Source: Octopus vulgaris
Lineage: Eukaryota
DNA length: 64,000 nt
NCBI GenBank assembly: GCA_951406725.2
Contig: OX597836.1
Location: 5,518,001 to 5,582,000, forward strand
Direction: 5' to 3'
The notes beneath the pieces were generated by a model that was not told the DNA's origin, ran no database searches, and saw only the letters and a program-made list of their open reading frames with translations. The position numbers and the translations under genes are program-made. Positions 15,043 through 29,504 of the stretch are shown one piece after another (positions within the stretch are counted from its first letter, which is position 1; every line of letters starts with the position of its first letter).

Positions 15043-15589
15043 ATTTGTATATGTATATATGTATGCATGTATACACACACACCTGCATGCATGCACAGAT
15101 TTGGGGGTACTTTACATCACGCTTCATCTCCAGGCTTTTTGATTGATGTCATCCTTTAGAAAACAAGGAAATGTCAAATCTCAACTTAATTCATGCACCA
15201 TTCTTATTTAGCGCCGGAGCTTGTGATTTATAGTAATGGGGATAATTACGAAAGGATAAAATATTTAATATTAAACATTAATGGACAAAGCCAATCTGTG
15301 CGTTTGGATAACTGATTATTTTGGAGTATAGGAAATAATGCTCAATCTGTTCGTAGTAATTTTAATGGTATGATTTCCATCAATTTAATTATCAATTTTA
15401 TTATTACTTATGGTATAATTAGTATATCTCTCATTCAAATTCTCTCGAGAAATATTTTTATTCTCGGTCATCTTCCTTGTTTGTTGTGTGTAGATTGTTG
15501 CTGCTGATATGCTATATTTGGCTGCAAAGCACAAGCTACACCGATGAGTCACATCCCTGCATGACTGTGATGTGGTCACACAACACTTT

Positions 15590-16030
15590 GTAATTTAGAT
15601 TTAATCGATTGCTCTACTTTTTAGCTTCCAGATGTTTTATGACAAAGATGTCGAGTTGATGGTATGTTTACGTCTTTAGAAATAAATGTACTCTGTGAAC
15701 CAGTTTGTAATGACCTATATATAGCTAAGTGAACCAGATATAGGTCAGATCTTCAATATTTGTTCTTCGTAGTGTCGCTTTAGTCACAAATACGTTCAAA
15801 TGGTATTTTCCATTAAGTGCAGAGATTGATGTATTTCTGCGACTATTTTCTACTTTTTGCTAAAATTGTGCGTTTTTTAAAGGCTTTGGTTCAAGGGATT
15901 TGTTTATCTCTACTATATAAGCAGCTGTACCTAATAACTTCTCTTTGTTTCGTTTGAGAGAGTTTATAGAATTTATGTTTTGGTAGAATGATTACTTATC
16001 AAAGACGACCATTTCCCAGATATATTTGAA
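15590..16030 (-). mobile_element. Highly degraded Penelope-like GIY-YIG remnant (second subfamily)
   Basis: Minus-strand fragments PKHKFYKL..., YSC, ALNGK...KAT...TYI...NSTSLS..IWKLK match the typical PLE linker and GIY-YIG region. Confidence 0.6.
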
Positions 16031-16321
16031 GTTACGTTCGTAATCCACCGAGGATTATGCTCGATAAATTTTATTTCCCGTTATTTATTTTGTTTTATAT
16101 ATTTATTGTATTCGTTGTTCCATGTAATTCAGATTTTGCTGTTAATATTGATAATTGATAATTTTACCTCAGATCTTTTTTTTTTTCACTTGTCAAAATA
16201 TTAGCAGTGAAGAGGATATTACCTGTGTTATAGTGTTTGATTTATTCAGGCATAAATAATGACAAAACAATATTTCTCCTTCCACACAGGTATTGAAGTT
16301 TATCTCACTGCCGCTGTCATT

Positions 16322-16739
16322 ACCTATTTCTTTACTATCCACAAGGAGCTAAACACAAAGAGAACAAACAAGGACAGACAAACGAATGAAGGCGATTATA
16401 TCGACCCCAGTGTGCCACTGGTACTTAATTTATCCACCTCGAAAGGATGAAAGGCAAAGTCGACGTCGGCGGAATTTGAACTCAGAACGTAGCGGCAGAC
16501 GAAATACCTATTTCTTTACTACACACAAGGGACTAAATACAGAGAGGACAAACAAGGACAGACAAACGGATTAAGTCGATTATATCGACCCCAGTGTGCA
16601 ACTGGTACTTAATTTATCGACCTCGAAAGGATGAAAGGCAAAGTCGACGTCGGCGGAATTTGAACTCAGAACGTAACAGCAGGCGAAATACCGCTTAGCA
16701 TTTCTCCCGGCGCGCTAACGTTTCAGCTAGCTCGCCGCC
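16322..16739 (-). mobile_element. tRNA-derived SINE family 2 (MetaSINE-like domain) with tandem partial duplication
   Basis: Minus strand: ggcgagct.g..gaaacgttagc...gagttcaaattccgccga...gcctttcatcctttcg.ggtcgataaattaagtaccag; body present twice (16322-16505 and 16506-16739). Confidence 0.88.
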
Positions 16740-16934
16740 TCCATTACCATTTTCATCATCACCATTTTTGTTGCGGTTGTCCATCTCCTTCTTCATTGCC
16801 GTCGCTCGTCGTCATCGTCGTCGTCGTCGTCATCGTCAAAGCTAATGCTTTTGTTGTTGGCGTAGAAGTCACCATCTTCGTCGTGGCTGTTAAGATCACA
16901 TTTACATCGTGGCCACCTTCATTTGGTTTCATAT

Positions 16935-17355
16935 ATTGACACAAGGCTAGCAATTTCGGGAGAGGGGCCAGTATATTACATCAGCCTCAATGTTCAACTA
17001 GAACCCTTTTAATCGACCTCGAAACTTATGAATGGCAAAAGCGACCTAGGTGAAATTTGAACTCAAAATATAAAAACAGACGAAAGGCTGCCAAGCATTT
17101 TACCCGTCGTGTTATAGATTCTGCCATGTCGCTTCTTTACAGAAATAAGAAATATTGGTGTAAAATTTTGGCACAAGGTCAGTACGTTTGGCGTAACGGT
17201 TATGTGGGTTAGATCAACTGGTGTTTATTTGGCCCACCTCGAAGGGATGAAAGGTAAAGTCGACCTCTGAGGAATTTTAGCTCAGAGCGTAAAGACGGAC
17301 GAACTGTCGCTGAACATTGCGGCTGGTATTTTAACGATGCTACCAATTCGCCCCA
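16935..17355 (-). mobile_element. Two older SINE family 2 copies
   Basis: Degenerate cacaagg...cgacctcgaa...gaaaggtaaagtcgacc...aatttgaactca blocks. Confidence 0.7.
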
Positions 17356-17461
17356 TTGCAGGTACGTCCACGTCATATTACACACATTTTATATCATCAC
17401 TGATATTTATATCACACACATTTTATATCACAGATAGTTGATATTATTTTTTTTAATCACA

Positions 17462-17844
17462 GGCGCAGGTGTGACTGTGTGGTAAGAAGCTTACTTCCCA
17501 ACCACATGGTTCCCGGTTCAGTCCCACAGCTGGGCACATGAGACAAGTGTCTTCTACTATAGCCACACCCTGACCAAAGCCTTGTGAGCGGATTTGGTAG
17601 AAGAAAACAGAAAGAAGCCCGTCGTGTACGTATATATGTGTGTGTTTATGTGTTTGGGCGTCTGTGTTTGTTCACCCACCATCGCTTGACAACCGACATT
17701 GGTGTGTAACCTAGCACTTTGGCAGAAAGAGACCGATAGAATACGTACGAGGCTTACAAAGAATAAGTCCTGGGGTCGAATTGTTCGACTAAAGGCGGTG
17801 CTCCAGCATGACCGCAGTCAAATGACTGAAACAGCAAGTAAAAA
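17462..17844 (+). mobile_element. tRNA-derived SINE family 1 (CORE-like, internal microsatellite)
   Basis: ggcgcagg.gtg.ctgtgtggtaag...ggttcagtccca...caagtgtcttctactatagc...ggcggtgctccagcatg.ccgcagtcaaatgactgaaaca. Confidence 0.9.
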
Positions 17845-19668
17845 CAAAAGGCATTTTGTATCACAGACTTCCTGTATCAGATACTTCTATACCAAACATT
17901 TTCTATTTCACATTTTTTTTCTCCCAATATATTTCTATAATTACGACTGCATATTCTTTTTATTTAAGAATTTCGCAAGAATTCACAGCTAATTATAGCC
18001 GCTCCACTAAAATACATTTCAAGTTACACCAAACATGGCCTAGCTAATTTCTTCGCTTCTTTTTATCAATCTTCAGCAAATTTACCAAAAATAAAAAGAG
18101 GATGCAACGAATAAAAACAAATAATACATAAACAAGAAATAGTATTCAAATAAAAATAAGCGGATTTAGTTCTCATGAACAGAATTTACATTTCTGTCGT
18201 GTTTTATGGATATTCACCTTAATTTCTATACTTGTAATATGGCGTTATTTTCGTTTGTGCATTTCTCTACAATTTATTCGCGTGGCTTTAAATATATTTT
18301 TCTGCTTTTCGTGTTTAATCGTGTTTTGCTGTGCTTTTACGTGTTATCTCATAATTTTCGAATTTTACTTCTACCCCGTCCGCCATTTTTTTTCTTTATA
18401 ATTTTCTGGAATTTTTCTAGAATTTTTCTTTTGTTTTAACCAAGTATGTTTACTTCTGTTTTTCTCGTGTTTTCGTTTCGTCTCGTTTACTTTTTTTGCT
18501 TTATCAATGTTTTTTACTTATTTTTTTTTGTTCACGTTACTTTCATGTCATTCTTTTTTTTTGTTTAAGTTTTTATTGTGTTTCCACATGTTTGGTTTCC
18601 TTTCCACATATTCTGCCATGTTTTTCTTGTTGTTTTTTACCCCCAATTCTGAGGAAAATTTTGGAAATATGATAAAAATGTTTACATATCATTGCTCCTA
18701 CAGTGCTTTGGATTTGTAGCCGTTGTTTGTTGTTGCTGTTGCTGTTGCTGTTGTTGTTGTTGTTGTTATTGGTGGTGGTGGTGGTATTATTTCTATTACT
18801 GTGGTTGCTACTGCTGGCAGTCTTGTTACTATTGGTGGTAGTGGTGGCGGTGGTGGTGGTAATAGTAATGGTGGTGGTAGTAAAGGTAGTGGTGGTGTTA
18901 AGGGTAGGGGTGGTGGGAGATGATGATGATGATGATGATTGTGGTGGTGATGATGATGGTATTGGTGGTGATGATGATGATGATGGTCGTAGCAGTAAGT
19001 GTGGTGATAATAGTTGTGGCATTGATGGGGGGTGGTAATGGTCATGGTAATGGTGATGGTGGTAGTAACTTTGAGCAGCTTTATAATCAAAGATATTTCA
19101 TCTTTGATCATTCAGTGTTTCCTGTTGTATTCTCAGTGTTTCCTTTTCTATTTTCTTTGGTCAGTTCATATGGTACAATGTTATAACAAAGAGCACTCTA
19201 CTTTTTTTTTATTCTTTCAGACAGTCGCGTATGATCAGAGGACGATTTGTCTGCTATTTCTAATTGAACAAATGACCACGTAGACGCTCTTTTAATGTGG
19301 CTAACACTTGCGACAAACTACTCTCATATGAAAGACAACCTCTCGACTCCAAACACAGACTAGGATCTGATACGAAGCACGTGATTGATAAGGATAAAGC
19401 GACGAATCGGTTAGTAGACTGAGACAGTACTGAGTCAAGGAGGCGTAAAATAAAGTGCCTTGAGTCAAATGTCGTGGTTCCTTGCTACGTGAGTTCAATA
19501 CCTGCCGAAACCAATTTCGTTAAAATTTTTTCGGGGTTGATTAAAACAAAATGCCAATTAGTTCGGCGATATAAAAATATCCCAGAAACAGCTGAATGGC
19601 CTTCTCTTTATAATTGTTCTGAAATGCTTCTCAGCCTTGGGTTTCTTATCTAATTATGCTGCTATTAA

Positions 19669-20186
<518 letters not shown>

Positions 20187-20495
20187 ATATATATATATAA
20201 GAATTTTTTGCGGAATGAGATAAAAAAACCAAGGCTGTATAGATATTCCAGCATTTATGAATAGAGGCTCTAAGACCTTCTATTTATAAATGCTTTAATA
20301 TCTATACAGCCTTGGGTTTTTTATCTCATTACGCAAAAAATTCTTATATGCACACGCTGACATAGAACCAACTTTGAACCCTTTATTCGCAGTATTACCG
20401 AATACGGAACTTAACTATGGTCTGTCTATAGCACTTATTCAGCCTTACCTGACACCTTTGGGTCTCAATGACACCATTATATCTTATAACCGCAA

Positions 20496-20539
<44 letters not shown>

Positions 20540-20543
<4 letters not shown>

Positions 20544-21060
20544 TGAATTGCGCTCCAACGAATTTCTCCGCCGTCTAGGCTTAAAAAAGCCCTCAATGTT
20601 GGTTTCTTTGTCCTGTTTTTATTCTTTATGTGTACTGTATTTTTATGTGTATTGCTTTTACGTCCTGTTCTTGTCACTTTTTTCTTTCCTTTCTTTCCTT
20701 TTTTTCTTTCCTTTTTTTACCTCTCTCCAAAAGAATTTTATTTAATTCATTTTGCAGGAAGGACTGCTTCGGCCGGATCGTGTTCTACCCTTACCTTCGA
20801 AACACGCATTGAGTCGAACCAGGGGCAGTTGATAAAGGGGAATATTCCTTGTATTGTTTGTCTTGTACTCTGTTTTATCGATGTTAAAAAAAGTCTGTTT
20901 CCTTGTTTGTTTTTATGTTTTCGTTTCTCGTTGTGTTCTACGTTAATTTGTGGTGTCCTGTACTCATATATATATATAAATATGCATGTATATATACATA
21001 TAGATGTAGGTATGTACATATATGTATGTATGTATGCATATGTTTTATTTGTTAAATTGT

Positions 21061-21062
<2 letters not shown>
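20540..21062 (+). mobile_element. Family-X short element in (TA)n carrying a permuted hammerhead-like motif
   Basis: Aligns by eye with the reverse complement of 47265-47600 and with 32395-32635; (TA)n on both sides. Confidence 0.8.
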
Positions 21063-21110
<48 letters not shown>

Positions 21111-21496
21111 ATGTGTGTGTATATGTAAACATCGGATTGATAGTATATTAATCTAAGGGGTAAAATTGAAATTCCATTGGTATTGTTGAAATGAATGACT
21201 TTGGCGTTCCTTACCTTTGAGAGCCACTAACAAACAAAGTACATTTTGGAAGTCAGACTCTGCCGATCTAGAACTTATAAGCATAGCTTTCAGCAAAGAA
21301 CTTCAAGGAATTCATAGAAAGTATGAAGAAAGCAATCATAAAAAAAATATTTATAAAAATGATAAAACTTAAAAACACATTCATGTTTCCAGTACAGCAC
21401 AGATAAACACGCACCTGTAAATGTATGAGCCTGTGTATGCATATGTATATGTGTGCGTGTTTGTTTGTTTATGTATGTATATATATGTATATATAT

Positions 21497-21555
<59 letters not shown>

Positions 21556-21734
21556 GTATGTGTGTGTGTGTAGGGGTTATATTTTTATGTATAACTATAA
21601 ACATTTGTATTGATATATACAAGCACAGTCGTATGTATATACATATACAATAGTATTCCTTACTTCAACGGAACAACATACACACACGCGCATACAACCA
21701 CACCTCTCTCTCTCCCTCTCTCTGTATATATATG

Positions 21735-21768
<34 letters not shown>

Positions 21769-22655
21769 CAGAAAGAGGGGGAGTGAGAGAGAGATATGTA
21801 CGTATGTATGTATGTACATTTAAAGAAATGAGAATTGAAATATCAAAAATATACAAAAAAAGAATTTTGGTAAGACTTTCTTTTCTCTTTGTAAATATAA
21901 GCCAACAAAATTTGCTGAAATATCCTGGGGTACAAATTAATGCTAAACTAATCTCTGCTTTAAGCTCTAAGACAGAATTAATTCGAAAGATAATAAAGAA
22001 TGAAAAATGAAGAAGAATTTCCTATCGAGGCAACGAAACGCCTAACGCAGCAGCCACTTCGGGCCTAGATTAATATTATGTTTTTTGGTAAGTAGGAATA
22101 ATGAAGATTTACAACTCGTGAAATTTCTCAGTAAATTCTATAAACCAGAAATCAACAAGCTATATTTGGAATATTTTTCATTTCATTTATCAATAATGAC
22201 TTAATGGTAGAAGGGAAGGCGGCCACAGTGGTTTTGTGTTGAACTTTCGAATCTGGAGATGGTAGAAAGCGAAAAAATAATTTTAAAAAAGTAGAATGTT
22301 GTTTCTTAGCTGTCGGTTCAATATCGTTCAGTATTCGTATGTTTAAAATCATGCTTGCTGTAACCTTTCCATCCGTTACGTCTTTCCATAGAGTGGGTGT
22401 GTGGTAAAATGCTCGATTCTTAACTATTTGGTCCTTGTTTCGGTCCCACTGCCTGGCAGCATGAGCAGCTATCTTATATTGTAGCTTCGGGTCGTCCAAA
22501 GACTTGTCAGTCGATTTATCCTAGCCCCTAAAATTGCTCACCTAGAGCCAATATTTGAAAACAATATCTTATTAGGGATTATCTCGTAATCTAAAAATGA
22601 TTTTCTGCATCTTATATACAAGCACTGATGCACTGCCGATCTCCCCATTTCTTCT

Positions 22656-22704
<49 letters not shown>

Positions 22705-22778
22705 CTATTTACTTTATAATCGAATTTCCCAATAATCTCCGCACCTCCTTCAATCTCTATATGTGATATATCTGTGTT

Positions 22779-22938
<160 letters not shown>

Positions 22939-23099
22939 GTTAGAAAACAGAGAAATCTAATGGATCCATTAGATCTCTCTGTTTTCTGATATTTTATGAT
23001 ATTTTATAATATATACATTGAAGGATTATCTCTTCAAAGTTTAATATATTAAACCAGTGTATCTTGGATAAATATCCCTATAAGAGTTTTGAATATTCT

Positions 23100-23181
<82 letters not shown>

Positions 23182-23977
23182 CATACATGTATACATACAT
23201 ACATACATACATACATACATACATACATACATACATACATACATACATACATACATACATGCGTGTCTGTGAGTATGTGTTTCCATGAATGTGTATGAAG
23301 ATGCTTGGCTGTTATTTTGAGAAAATGGGATCACAATGTAAATCTTGTATTACATTAGATCAAAATGCACTGTTTGTATCTTATTTCAAAAAGAATGTTA
23401 TAAATACTTATTTGTAGCGTATTATATAAGGTTACGTATTGTTGAACAATTTGCCAAAAATAGTGCCAATAATCCGAGGAATCTATAACGATATTTATTC
23501 CGTAGAATTCAAATAATACGATGAAAAATGAAATCCACAAAGTCGGAACGTTTCTTGGAATAGTTTCAACGAAATAGATCTTGGAAAATATTCAACAGCA
23601 GGCAGAATATCTGTTCTCCAAAGCGAAAGTGATTGAAATTTCAGAGCCAAAGAGGTGATTCCATATAAAGTACTTTCTGTCATGGCAAGCTGAATATGGA
23701 CAAATTATGCCTGTGTTAAGTTTTAGTGAGAGAAGTACGAGGTAAAAATATTTCAAGATCGAATTTGATATACACAGGCACATCAATGAGAATAAATTCA
23801 ATTTGGAAATACATTGTATGACCGCATGGTTTGCTGTTGAACTCCACAATCTGACACCTTGGTCGTCATAAGTTGTATAACTGATTACTGGGGCCACAAG
23901 CTTATGGCCGAGACGGTAGCTATGGACCCACTGCGAATTTCCGATGCAGCAGATATATGTATGTATATATATATATG

Positions 23978-24060
<83 letters not shown>

Positions 24061-24214
24061 ATGTATATATATATATATGTATATATGTATATATATATGT
24101 ATATATATATGGATTATTTCACTTGAGTGTTTAAAAAATTATTTTGTACAGATGCTGTGGGTTATTTCCCTTGTGTGTTTAAAAACTTTAGTTATATGAG
24201 GTAGATATAGAGAT

Positions 24215-24390
24215 CCATCCGAGGGGTCGTATTATCGAATTTTCAACAAACTAAGTATGTCAGGAGGTTTCTAGATATGAGTTCTACTTACGTGTCAAGT
24301 TTCATCAAAATCAATAAAACGATGTAGGAGGAGTTAGCTAACAACGCCACAAACAAACAAACACCGGTTTTCCACATATGTAGTAGATGA
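24215..24390. mobile_element. Helitron/Helentron-type non-autonomous terminal fragment
   Basis: gtgtcaagtttcatcaaaatc...ggaggagtt...acaaacaaac...tagtagat; its reverse complement resembles the Helitron 5' ends at 35626 and 58680. Confidence 0.6.
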
Positions 24391-24729
24391 AAAATCGAAA
24401 AGATGAACTCTTTTCAAGAAACAACACCGAAGGGCTGAACTGATTGAGCAATTAGACTAAAGTATTGACTAGAAAGAGACAAATTCCAAGGCCGTTAATA
24501 CTCCTCAACAAAGCCAACACATGTCTAAACACAGCGGGCATATATCAGCCATTATAAGTATGCGAACATTTAACATATAACTAACCACATGCTATGTGTT
24601 ACACGCATATTTATATGTTATATGTTCGTATATTTATAATGGCTTATATACACCTTCTGTGTTTAGCGTTATGTTGGTTCTGATGAAAAGTATTATCGAC
24701 CTTGAAATTTGCCTCTTTCTAATACTTTA

Positions 24730-24808
<79 letters not shown>

Positions 24809-25282
24809 GAGAAAGAGAGAAGGAGAGAGAGGAGATGTGTCTTTCCACACAGGAAGAACTATAGGAGAGTTTGCTTTGGGATCTGAAAATGTACCTGAAT
24901 CTCAAAACGTGTAGTTGTTTTAAAATTTATGGATAGGTTTATTCAGATCGGCTTCGACAGTCATTCGCCTATCCATAGTAAAAGTAAATAAAGCATTTAT
25001 GAGAGTTTGAAGTTACTCAGTAAAATTCAGAAAAAAGATGTTTAAATGATGAAGTGTTCAAACGTTCACAGAAATTTCAATGAGTTTCTCTCCATCTTTT
25101 TCTCTTTTTTCCCCTGTCTCATTAAAAAGTCAAGATAACTGAACATTCAATAACATGTATTTCTTATGATCTTCATCGCGTATCTCTGTGAAACACTTTG
25201 AAACGTCTGTGAGCACTTGAACAAACGTGTTTTTCCTAATTCTACCTTGTAAGTTTAAACACTCCTATGGATACATACATAC

Positions 25283-25325
<43 letters not shown>

Positions 25326-25496
25326 GCGCAGGAGTGGGTGGGTGGTAAGTAGCTTGTTTACCAACCACATGGTTCCGGGTTCAGTCCCACTGCGTGGCAC
25401 CTTGGGCAAGTGTCGTCTACTATAGCCTCGGGCCGACTAAAGCCTTGTGAGTGGATTTGGTAGACGGAAACTGAAAGAAGCCCGTCGTATATATGT

Positions 25497-25537
<41 letters not shown>

Positions 25538-25749
25538 CGTGTATGTTTGTATGTCTGTGTTTGTCCCCCACCCCGATGCTGGTGTGTTTATGTCCCCGTC
25601 ACTTAGCGGTTAGGCAAAAGAGACCGATAGAATAAGTACTGGGCTTACAAAGAATAAGTCCCGGGGTCGAGTTGCTCGATTAAGGGCGGTGCTCCAGCAT
25701 GGCCGCAGTCAAATGACTGAAACAAGTAAAAGTGTAAAGAGTAAAGAGT
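25326..25749 (+). mobile_element. SINE family 1, full length
   Basis: Same head, CORE-like block, internal (TA)/(TG) tract and tail as other copies. Confidence 0.93.
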
Positions 25750-26504
25750 ATATATATGCATATATGTATGTATGTATACGAATATTCAATAATATACAGT
25801 CAGAAACTCTTATATGCACGTAGACATTTAAAGGCGTCAGAGAAACTGGAAAACAGTTGAATGTTATTTCGAAACTTACAGAAAGATAACGCGATATTGC
25901 AGTTCTGAGGTTGTCAGTTGGTTCACTAAAGCAATACGATGGCATCTATTTATGATTTGGCAGCTATATCTAGCATAAAGATCTACTGCATAAAGAGCAA
26001 CTCACTGGTAGTCTAGATAACACATGACTCTCATCAGTAAACAAGTTTATGAGTGCAACTATGGCAAACTGGAGAACAAATGCCATGAAAATAGATTAGG
26101 TATTGTAAAGATAAGGCCTTGGTAGGGCTTTAGTTATTAATTTCTTATGATAACAGTCGCTTAGAGAAATCAACTGTTTTGTCGCATTCGCCAGAACAAC
26201 AAGTCTAGGAAGAGCGATGCGGTTAAATTTTGTTTCTAATGGCTGTTAAATAAAGTTTACTAAAATAGATTATTGCGTTTCAAATTGCAAGGAAAATGGT
26301 AATTGAACAACTAGAGGTAGCTACTTTTTATTTAGGTACAGCAAGATGTCACAGATGTAGTATTGTGGATTGCTAACAAAACTGAAATTCGATTTAATGT
26401 TATTATCATTGCAACCAGTAAACAAAAAGTAAAATGATAATTAAATTCTGAAATCATCGAAAAATAAGGATAAATCCAATATTAACGAATAAGTGAAATT
26501 TTGA

Positions 26505-26810
26505 TAAATATTATTTTCTAATCTAGGCACAAGGCCCGAAATTTTGGGAAAGTGGGCCAGTCGATTAGATCGACCCCAGTACGCAAATGGTACTTAATTT
26601 ATCGACCCCGTAAAAGATGAAAGGCAAAGTTGATAACAGCGGGATGAAATTTAGAGAAATATTCTTTTCTACTCTAGGCATAAGGCCCGAAATTTTGGGA
26701 AGGAGCCAGTCGATTAGATCGACCCCAGTACGCAACTGGTATTTAATTTATTTCCTCGAAAAGATGAAAGACAAAATCGACATCAGCGGAATGAAATTTA
26801 GAGAAATATT
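26505..26810 (-). mobile_element. SINE family 2 3' part, tandem duplicated (~145-bp unit)
   Basis: ctaggca.aaggcccgaaattttgggaa...gtcgattagatcgaccccagtacgcaa occurs twice. Confidence 0.8.
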
Positions 26811-26963
26811 GAGAATGTTCTATGCCTATGCGAGTAGAAATGACTTTAGACCAAGTAGTGAAAATAGCGGGAATGTTTCAGTCTAAGTTAATCTCTTCGA
26901 GGGGACTCATTATAAGACGGGCGCAAAGTTAAGAACAATGTATATGTGATAATATCAAATATA

Positions 26964-27098
26964 GGCGCAGGAGCAGGTGTGTGGTAAGTAGCTTGCTTAC
27001 CAACCACTTGGTCCCGTGTTCAGTCATACTGCGTGGCCCCTTGGGCAAGTTTCTTCTACCATAGCCTCGGACTAAACAAAGCCTTGTGAGTGGATTTG

Positions 27099-27100
<2 letters not shown>
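26964..27100 (+). mobile_element. SINE family 1, 5' half
   Basis: ggcgcaggag...gtggtaagtagcttgcttaccaaccac...gagtggatttggt. Confidence 0.85.
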
Positions 27101-27139
<39 letters not shown>

Positions 27140-27354
27140 CATACATACATACATACATACATTCATTCACACATACATATATAAATACATACATACATAC
27201 AGAGGAAAATGAGCATTGGTCATAACTTGGTACTACTTTATTTCAATTGTTATATATTTTGGTATTCCGTAATATCTGACGTTGCCCGGATACCGAAACA
27301 TATGTAGCATTCGGAATAAAAGTTTACCAAGTTATGCCCTCGTTTTTCTCTTAC

Positions 27355-27436
<82 letters not shown>

Positions 27437-27443
27437 TAGATAT

Positions 27444-27547
<104 letters not shown>

Positions 27548-28871
27548 CGAGTGATTTAGGGAGAAGATCTGTTAAAATGTGGGTCCATCACTGTGTCGGG
27601 AGTGAATACAATTGCACTGAACCACAAGCTTCAATTCCAATACAACAAAACCAGACTCGAAATCAAATATCTCATATTATAAGTCAACAGCCATAAGTCG
27701 TAAGGAAGCTATAATATATATCAAATATCGATTAAAAGAAGAGAGATCAAATATTGGTTTTTCACAGACAAAAGAAAAATTTAATATAATCAAAAATAAT
27801 ACGAACATAGAAATTTAAAGAATTGTTGCAAAATATAAAAATGCTGTCGCAGTATTTTTTTCGTCCTTTCACTAGGTTTCAGGGGAAGGGGCAATGTCTG
27901 CGTTTCCTAAATTTCTCTTTGGTTGCTTGTTTTTTTTTATTCATTTTATGAGGTTGAATGGAGGGTTGTGGGGTTTTCGTGGTCTTTGATAGTAAAGTCG
28001 AACAATTAATAAGTTCTGTGAATTTTATTAATTTATTTTTGTGTTCTTTTTCGTTATTATAGAAACGAAATAAAGAAAAAAAAAGTATATTTACCTATTT
28101 GAAAAGAAAATGTAAATTGAAAGTAATGATTAAAAGAAAACAAAATGGTTGACTCTTACAACATATAGTTTTCTTGGTATCCTATTTGTTGTTGCTCTCT
28201 TGCCCAACCTCCGACGAACAAGATGCTGATCAAAGACGTCACTCTTCCGCATTTTACTGGAATGTGGTGCGTAGGAGAACAAGTGACCACTTCCCAGCAT
28301 TTTACTGGAATGTGGTGTGTAGGGGAACAAGGGTAGGCATAGCCAAGTGGCCTAGTAACTCGTTTTGCAACGACGTGATTTCAGGTTCAAATCTACTATT
28401 CGTCATATTGGACAATTTTATTTTAGTACTTTACTGACTAAATGACCAAACACTTGTAAGCGAAGTTGGTAGACGGAAGCAGTGACCACTTCCCAGCGCC
28501 CACACCGTCATCCACACACCCACACATTACAGATGCGCACACACTTACACACGCACACATCCACACGTCAAGGTCAACAACCCCTATCCACACGCACGCA
28601 CATACCCACTCTCGCATACACACGCACGCGCACCTTCGTAGTAGTTACGGAGGCATTAACAGAGCGAAGATTATCGAGATTTGATGGGGAAACGATTCTG
28701 CAGCATATGGAGTAAGAACTCGCAGTTTCAAATGGATCGAGTGGAGGGGGGGGTTAAATTTCGCCTAAACTCTAACAGTCATTGCGTTTCCGGATAAATT
28801 TAATTTAGATTGGTTTATAATTTAGACACAGGTACACACGCATGCGTGTATTTGTGTATGAGTGTGAATCT

Positions 28872-29445
28872 GTCTATCTTGGCAGCAAGATCCGCAAATC
28901 AGGTGGCTCAGACGAGGACATCACGGCAAGAAGCAAGAAGGTTTAGTAAGCCCTCGCTATTCTTTGGCCGGTATGGAAGTCCACTGCCATCTCAACTCGA
29001 ACTAAACTCCGCTTATTTAGTTCAAACGTAAAATCTGTGCTTTTGTATGGCTTTGAAACATGGAGAGCCACCTGCAGCAACTAGAAGAAGATCCAGACCT
29101 TCATCAACAAATGTCTCCGGCAGATCCTCCATCTGAAGTGGTTCGTCAGAGTGCCAAACACCGACCTGTGGGAAAGGGCTAACCAGGAGCCCATACATGT
29201 TCAGATTAGACGAAGGAAATGGAGATGGATCGGGGACACACTGCGGAAAGAACCCTTAAATGTGACATGACAAGCACTTGTCTGGAACCCGCAGGGGAAA
29301 AGGAAGCGAGGACGCCCGAAGCAGACATAGAAGCAGGACCACCGGCCTGACATGGAAAGCAGCCAAGAAACACGCCAATGACCGCAAAAACTGAATAACA
29401 ACTGTTGAGGCCCTATGCTCCACAAGGGGTAAAAAAGATTAAGAA
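28872..29445 (+). mobile_element. RTE-clade LINE 3' remnant (RT thumb and C-terminus)
   Basis: YLGS...EDITAR...TKLRLFSSNVKSVLLYGFETW...KIQTFINKCLRQIL...LWERANQEPI..QIRRRKWRWIGDTLRK...ALVWNPQGKRKRGRPK, with internal stops. Confidence 0.93.
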
Positions 29446-29504
29446 GATACACGCAACCACGTACACACACACACACACATACATTCATTTATATTTGTGT
29501 GTTT

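Noticed and set aside
22152-22499. 115-aa complex-looking ORF (MDDPKLQY...)
   Set aside because: Its first third is the antisense of a degenerate SINE family 1 copy (about 22390-22518); no recognisable domain.
28240-28500. CRISPR-like short direct repeats (also 39005-39070)
   Set aside because: Two to three adjacent tandem units without unique spacers, no cas genes, eukaryotic context.
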